A DNA stretch of 51,108 nucleotides from an uncultured virus (IMG/VR IMGVR_UViG_3300032116_000017) (lineage: Duplodnaviria > Heunggongvirae > Uroviricota > Caudoviricetes). The notes beneath the pieces are model-generated. The model was not told where the DNA came from. It worked only from the letters and a program-made list of their open reading frames with translations, and did not search any database. Positions 46,399 to 51,108 of this stretch are shown here, in pieces. The position numbers were made by a program, and so were the translations under genes. Position 1 is the stretch's first letter. Each line of letters starts with the position of its first letter. Where the stretch lies: IMG/VR virus record IMGVR_UViG_3300032116_000017, one strand, 5' to 3'.

Positions 46399-46435
46399 TA
46401 TTTCTTATTTGATAAACAAACATAACTTTCTATTT

Positions 46436-46687
46436 TTAAACATCCATTGCGTGTTCTTTACATAAATTATAATCTACACAATCTGGCTTAGTTGTATCAA
46501 TAGGGTTTCCGCAATAACATAATTCACTATCACTATCAATCTCAAACCACTTTCCTTCTAATGAGTATGCGGTACCTTTTACTTTTTCCCGTTCCTCAAT
46601 ACATTTTTTACACTCCAATTCTTCTGATGAATGAACACATACGACTCTTTCGTGTAATGGGTTCCATCTAACATATAACTTATTCAT
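46436..46687 (-). CDS. small Cys-rich protein
   Basis: CVH, CKKC, CYCG, C...CKEH. Confidence 0.65.
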   Translation of the reverse strand: MNKLYVRWNPLHERVVCVHSSEELECKKCIEEREKVKGTAYSLEGKWFEIDSDSELCYCGNPIDTTKPDCVDYNLCKEHAMDV

Positions 46688-47027
46688 AACTTTCTATTGT
46701 TTTATCTTTGTATGTTATTGTGATTAGTTTTGTTGGAATGTTTTGTTGGTCTAACTCAAAATTTTTCCAATCAGATTTCATAAAAGGGTTATTACCATTT
46801 AAATGAATTTGAAACCACGCATTTCTTTCTTGGGTGCTTAACTCTTTTTCCTCAATCTTTACTCCCCAAACACGAGAGAACTCTGGATTGGTTTTACAAT
46901 TATTTATGAATTCTTCTTTTGGTAATATCAAACCACTAATACCAAAAGGACCTTCCTCTATACTTTTTATAAGAAAATAATTCTTATAAACCTCATCAAT
47001 AATCTGATTGTATTTTTCTTTATTCAT
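46680..47027 (-). CDS. tandem paralogue A (MNKEKYNQII family)
   Basis: Shares FIN.CKTNPEFS..WG.KIEE.ELS and PTKLIT.TY...TIESYE with 47020. Confidence 0.8.
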   Translation of the reverse strand: MNKEKYNQIIDEVYKNYFLIKSIEEGPFGISGLILPKEEFINNCKTNPEFSRVWGVKIEEKELSTQERNAWFQIHLNGNNPFMKSDWKNFELDQQNIPTKLITITYKDKTIESYE

Positions 47028-47430
47028 AACTTTCTATTGTTTCGTTGTTGTATGTTAGTGTAATTAGTTTGGTTGGGACATTTCTTTCGTCTAAACAATC
47101 TTTAATCTTTTTCTTTCTTACGTTTTTGAAACTTTGAACTTCTTCATAAATCAATCTTTGTTCATTTTGAACTAAAGTATTCATCCTTTCTTTTTCACTC
47201 AACTCTCTTTCTTCAATCTTTAGTCCCCACTTTTCAGAGAACTCTGGATTGGTTTTACATTTGTTGATAAACTGTTCTTTTGATAGTAATTTGGGAATTG
47301 CGTTATAAACAGGACCTTCCACAACTACAATATCTTTATTGATTGCTAAATGGAGATCTAATCCTCTGGTTTTATTAAAAAAATCCTCATACGCTTCACC
47401 AATAATCTGGTTGTATTTTTCTTTATTCAT
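47020..47430 (-). CDS. tandem paralogue B (MNKEKYNQII family)
   Basis: Same shared blocks as 46680. Confidence 0.8.
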   Translation of the reverse strand: MNKEKYNQIIGEAYEDFFNKTRGLDLHLAINKDIVVVEGPVYNAIPKLLSKEQFINKCKTNPEFSEKWGLKIEERELSEKERMNTLVQNEQRLIYEEVQSFKNVRKKKIKDCLDERNVPTKLITLTYNNETIESYE

Positions 47431-47494
47431 AACTTTCTATTGTTTTGTTTTGTTGGCCCAAACTCTCTGTAAAAATTATATTTGAGTGTTCCAA
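47423..47494 (-). pseudogene. remnant 3' end of a third family copy
   Basis: Reads ...QNKTIESYE* with the same 8-nt overlap onto the next ATG. Confidence 0.6.
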
Positions 47495-47517
47495 TTTATT
47501 TTTTATTGTGTGTGAGT

Positions 47518-47946
47518 TTATTTCTTTAAGTGTCCTAACTTCTTATAAAGGCAGATAATCTCATCAATTGTAAGATTATTCTTTTTTCCATTAATGTCAG
47601 TGGTACAAGCCACAACGTTTCCGATAACATAACCTCTATCATTATCTACTCTATCGAAGGATCTAGCGTGTGGTCCATCTTCTGTGAATTGAACATTAGT
47701 ATAAAAACAAGTGGTGTATTCAAGTAGTTTTTTAACATACTCAAAACTCAAATCAAATTCTAAGTTTCTACTTTGTGCAGACGAATGTATATTAACTAAC
47801 TTTCTGGCAACTTCGATATCTGGTATATGTGGTTTTGGTTCTTTCTTAACCTCAACAGGTTTTCTAACTTCTACTACTTCTAATTCTAATTCTAATGTAT
47901 CAACATCAATATTATTATTATCAATTATTTCTTTCTTTTTTCTCAT
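47518..47946 (-). CDS. HNH-like (His-Me finger) protein, T4 Srd-like
   Basis: SAQSRNLEFDL, CFYT, SFDRVDNDRGYVIGNVV, N.KK. Confidence 0.7.
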   Translation of the reverse strand: MRKKKEIIDNNNIDVDTLELELEVVEVRKPVEVKKEPKPHIPDIEVARKLVNIHSSAQSRNLEFDLSFEYVKKLLEYTTCFYTNVQFTEDGPHARSFDRVDNDRGYVIGNVVACTTDINGKKNNLTIDEIICLYKKLGHLKK

Positions 47947-48099
47947 AATGTTATATATAACTTTTGATCAGTCATGATAAAGATAAACAAAATGAATCAT
48001 ATGTCCAAATCATTTAATCCTATAAATATAGTGATTATATTTAAGATATACTAATATAAAATTGAGATACTTAAGGAGGTTTGAGATAAGTGGAAAAAC

Positions 48100-48130
48100 T
48101 TTGAAATATAAAATTTTATTACTATATTTG
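48100..48130 (+). promoter_or_regulatory. Bacteroidota primary-sigma consensus promoter
   Basis: TTTG(48100)-N19-TATATTTG(48123), 4 nt before the ATG. Confidence 0.75.
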
Positions 48131-48134
48131 TAAT

Positions 48135-48509
48135 ATGAAAACTGTTTTATTAAAAGGTGTTGAAATCAAAATTGGATCACGTGTCAGATATGTAAATGAT
48201 ACTGACTTATATGTTACTGTTAAAGGTGTCATTAAACCAGAATTAGGCCAAGTCTATACTGTTCGAGATATTAACGATTTAGGTGGTTTTCTTTTAAAAG
48301 AAATCAGAAACACCACTTTTGAATGGTATTCACCTAGTGGTGAGTTAGATTATATAGCAGAGCCAGGATTTGCTAATTGGAGATTTGAACCAGGTATGCC
48401 TGCACTGAAATTGGAACGAAAGAAATCTAAGACTAAATCAAAACCCCAAGTAAAGGAAACAGTTGATGTTCCTGTTAGAGAATTAGAAAGAGAATTAGAA
48501 CCGGCATAA
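48135..48509 (+). CDS. hypothetical SH3-like protein
   Basis: IKIGSRVR, ELGQVYTV, WRF. Confidence 0.7.
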   Translation: MKTVLLKGVEIKIGSRVRYVNDTDLYVTVKGVIKPELGQVYTVRDINDLGGFLLKEIRNTTFEWYSPSGELDYIAEPGFANWRFEPGMPALKLERKKSKTKSKPQVKETVDVPVRELERELEPA

Positions 48510-48538
48510 AAAAAGGGTGATTTGTTAATCACCCTTTT
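48508..48538. terminator. bidirectional intrinsic terminator
   Basis: AAAAGGGTGATT-TGTT-AATCACCCTTTT. Confidence 0.85.
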
Positions 48539-48569
48539 ATTTTATATTTAAAATTAAATTTGATATTTA

Positions 48570-49241
48570 TTATCTTCTTCTGTAACTTTCTCTATACATT
48601 GACATATCTACATTATCTAATGATCCTTCTTGTGTAACTGCTGTTGGTTCAGCTGGAACTTCTCCTTCAACTGGAATCTCATCCTGTTGAACTTGAACAA
48701 TTAGTTGTTTAAGTGTTCTAACAAATGCTTTGCTACTCATCAATAAAGTCTCAATCATATAGTTGTCTTCTGAAGTATTTGCTGATGGTGAGTATTTACT
48801 CATTTTTGCAAGTTCATCATTGAAAGATGATTTTTGATACTTATCTTTAGTGATTGAAATTGACATCAATACTTCTTCAAAAGTTCTGTCTTTAATCAAA
48901 AATACAACAACTCCTTCTTCAAGTCCTGTATCAACTAATTCAACTACAAACTTATTTTTAAGATTTCCAGTAGATAAAGTTGCGTAACCTGGATGTTTGA
49001 ATTGGCCTTCTGCACCAGCAACTGCACTACTAACCATTTCTTGTAGTTTCATTGTAATTTGTTTTACAGCTGGAGAAACCATTGCTTGAATGCTTTTAGC
49101 CATATTAGATTTAATCAAGCTATCCAATGCTTGTGGGTCTTTAGAGATTTGAACCATTTTGTCATATGCTCTCTTTTGTAACTCTGGAGATAATTCCTCA
49201 TTAACTCTACCAAAAGTATTAAATTTTTTGAGATGTTTCAT
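48570..49241 (-). CDS. hypothetical protein with N-terminal motif (start revised to 49241)
   Basis: MKHLKKFNTFGRVNEEL. Confidence 0.75.
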   Translation of the reverse strand: MKHLKKFNTFGRVNEELSPELQKRAYDKMVQISKDPQALDSLIKSNMAKSIQAMVSPAVKQITMKLQEMVSSAVAGAEGQFKHPGYATLSTGNLKNKFVVELVDTGLEEGVVVFLIKDRTFEEVLMSISITKDKYQKSSFNDELAKMSKYSPSANTSEDNYMIETLLMSSKAFVRTLKQLIVQVQQDEIPVEGEVPAEPTAVTQEGSLDNVDMSMYRESYRRR

Positions 49242-49372
49242 AAATATCATTTTATTTTTTAATTATATATTAACTAAAAAAAGTGAAAAGTTCAATTTTA
49301 TAAAAAAAGTTCAATTTTGACTCATACTCAATATTTAAATTAAAATATTAATATATACAATAAACGAAAATT

Positions 49373-49828
49373 ATGGCAAGAAGATTATTATTAAAAGAAG
49401 ACCAATTAACATCAACTGGTAATCCACCAAGTGGTTATCAATGGATTGGATATAACGGTGCAACTTTTTCTGAGAGACAATCAGATGGTGATATTATTAA
49501 AACTGGTAATCCAAGGCCGTATAAAGTATATACTGCTTTATTAAATCAAGGTTTAACAGCCTCACCTGTTCCTACAGTATTAGAGAATACCATTGGTAAT
49601 ATTAATTGGACAAGAATTACTGATGGTGAATATAGAGGAGAACTTAATGATGGTTTTGTTATAGGTAAAACAACAATTTTTATTACAGCTAATACAAGTC
49701 AAGGAAGTAGTGTATTATTTTCTATTATAGATACTAATACAATAGAATTAGCCACATCCAATACAACTGATGCATTAGTAGATGATTTATTATCCGAAAC
49801 ACCAATAGAAATAAGAGTGTATAATTAA
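49373..49828 (+). CDS. putative virion/tail-fibre-tip-like protein
   Basis: PYKVYTALL...VLENTIG...IEIRVYN block recalled from Bacteroidota-phage structural proteins; AATATATA at 49350-49357. Confidence 0.55.
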   Translation: MARRLLLKEDQLTSTGNPPSGYQWIGYNGATFSERQSDGDIIKTGNPRPYKVYTALLNQGLTASPVPTVLENTIGNINWTRITDGEYRGELNDGFVIGKTTIFITANTSQGSSVLFSIIDTNTIELATSNTTDALVDDLLSETPIEIRVYN

Positions 49829-50256
49829 CCTATTTTCCAAACTGCTTTAATCTGACAACGCATTCTAGTAGCATCATTCCAATTACCACCAACAACTACA
49901 CCGTCTTTAATAGTGAAAGCGTGACGTGAAATAACAATGATATAAGTTCCCCTATCATACCACTTTACGAACTGACCAACTGTTTTGATACCTGGGTCCG
50001 TAATAGGTTTGATTGACTTACGACCTAATTTACGACCTTCTGAAACCATTTGATTCATAGTCGGTATAAATCGTTTAGTTCCGCATTTTGGTTGTCTTAG
50101 AAACTCTTTAGCAACGAACCGGTGAGTCTTATTATAATCCCAATCTAAGGCAGAAGCAAATGCCCTAACAACACAATCTTTGGTTTCTGTACGGGCTAAT
50201 AGTGATTCTGAATATCCTTTAATAGAGTCTTTAGCTGATTGGAATTGAAGTGACAT
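49825..50256 (-). CDS. putative papain-fold Cys/His protein (start revised to ATG 50256)
   Basis: DCVVRA...HAFTIKDG; TATCTTTG at 50275-50282 (-). Confidence 0.6.
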   Translation of the reverse strand: MSLQFQSAKDSIKGYSESLLARTETKDCVVRAFASALDWDYNKTHRFVAKEFLRQPKCGTKRFIPTMNQMVSEGRKLGRKSIKPITDPGIKTVGQFVKWYDRGTYIIVISRHAFTIKDGVVVGGNWNDATRMRCQIKAVWKIG

Positions 50257-50308
50257 ATTGTAGTGATTAAAAGACAAAGATACGGAATTTTAATTAAATA
50301 TATACTAT

Positions 50309-50602
50309 ATGAATAAATTAAAAGGTATAGAAGATTTTGCAAAAACTCGTGGAGCAGGAGCTGAGAAGATTGCAACTGGTGCAAAAGAAAAAGGAGGATT
50401 AGCTCTTCTTACTTGGAGACACTTCAAAGTTAAACTTCCCTATTATGAAAAGGCATCTAAAGGAGAATTAGATGAGGTAGAAGCTAAAAAAGAATTTAAT
50501 AAGACCTTAAACTCTATTAGTTTAGATATGACACAAACTGAGTTTCAAACTGAAATGGGTAGATTAGAAGTGTTAGGTGAATTATTAATTAAAGGAGAAT
50601 AA
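50309..50602 (+). CDS. hypothetical protein
   Basis: 97 aa; AATATATA at 50297-50304. Confidence 0.7.
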   Translation: MNKLKGIEDFAKTRGAGAEKIATGAKEKGGLALLTWRHFKVKLPYYEKASKGELDEVEAKKEFNKTLNSISLDMTQTEFQTEMGRLEVLGELLIKGE

Positions 50603-50606
50603 ACAT

Positions 50607-51101
50607 ATGAAAAATATTAAATCATTTAAATTATTTGAGAGTGGGCTTCCTTACTCATATTCTCAAGATATGCAAATTGCAATAAATAGTCTTCTTTCGG
50701 AAATGAGATTTCAACCACATATTAATCAACTCAATAGATGGACTGGTAATATGAGAAAGTTTAATGTTGGTGTAGTTGCTAATGAATCTAAATGGGGCAT
50801 ACAATATGAAGTAGGATTTAGATTGGATGAACCAGTTGATATTAGTTTAGTCAATAGTGAAATCAAATCATGTTGGAGAGATATTATGGAAGTAATAATG
50901 GATAGATCTAAATCACAAGGTGAAGTTAAATTAACTAAGTTTGATTATTTTGGACATTCTGCTGTTGGTAGAAAAAATGGCCACACTAAAGAAATTGAAG
51001 ATATAACTGATAGGTTAGAAGATGCTATTGAATTAGCTGAGGTTGATCCTAAACCAGGTCCATATTGTCCGATTATGTTTCAATTTACGGTAGTAAATTA
51101 A
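50607..51101 (+). CDS. hypothetical protein with N-terminal motif
   Basis: MKNIKSFKLFES. Confidence 0.75.
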   Translation: MKNIKSFKLFESGLPYSYSQDMQIAINSLLSEMRFQPHINQLNRWTGNMRKFNVGVVANESKWGIQYEVGFRLDEPVDISLVNSEIKSCWRDIMEVIMDRSKSQGEVKLTKFDYFGHSAVGRKNGHTKEIEDITDRLEDAIELAEVDPKPGPYCPIMFQFTVVN

Positions 51102-51108
51102 TTACTTA

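Noticed and set aside
901..50384. Antisense or nested ORFs in the track (e.g. 901, 1808, 3945, 4638, 7761, 12718, 15802, 25630, 31175, 43300, 47711, 50196)
   Set aside because: They shadow better-supported genes and lack motifs or upstream signals
1..51108. Stop-codon reassignment as in some large Bacteroidota phages
   Set aside because: Known genes are full length in code 11, and TAA, TAG and TGA all terminate ORFs at sensible positions

Overview
AT-rich, gene-dense segment that reads as part of a very large T4-like (jumbo) myovirus genome, most likely infecting Bacteroidota. Support: a T4 gp6-like baseplate gene, Bacteroidota-type TTTG-N19/20-TAnnTTTG promoters, no evident Shine-Dalgarno sequences, and host-like auxiliary genes (prs fragment, folD, folA, gmk, acyl-CoA dehydrogenase, HU, Hc1, RlpA, site-2 protease). 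Standard genetic code; no tRNA, rRNA, CRISPR array or transposase was recognised. Four patterns stand out. (1) About 24 diverse proteins share an N-terminal M-K/R-x-I/L-K-x-F/Y-x-x-F-(x)-E(S) peptide resembling the T4 capsid-targeting sequence, and most sit in units headed by an AATATATA motif; they include a tandem family of about 10 paralogues at 35.4-43.2 kb. (2) A separate set of about 13-16 mostly small proteins shares a C-terminal R-D/E/N-x-K-L/I-x-x-L/I tag. (3) Three distinct promoter-like motif classes occur. (4) A 26-bp imperfect palindrome is repeated 7-8 times at 43.85-46.4 kb, next to a ribbon-helix-helix gene and at a coding-independent GC-skew inversion (candidate origin/operator/cassette region). 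All functional assignments are by eye, without database searches.
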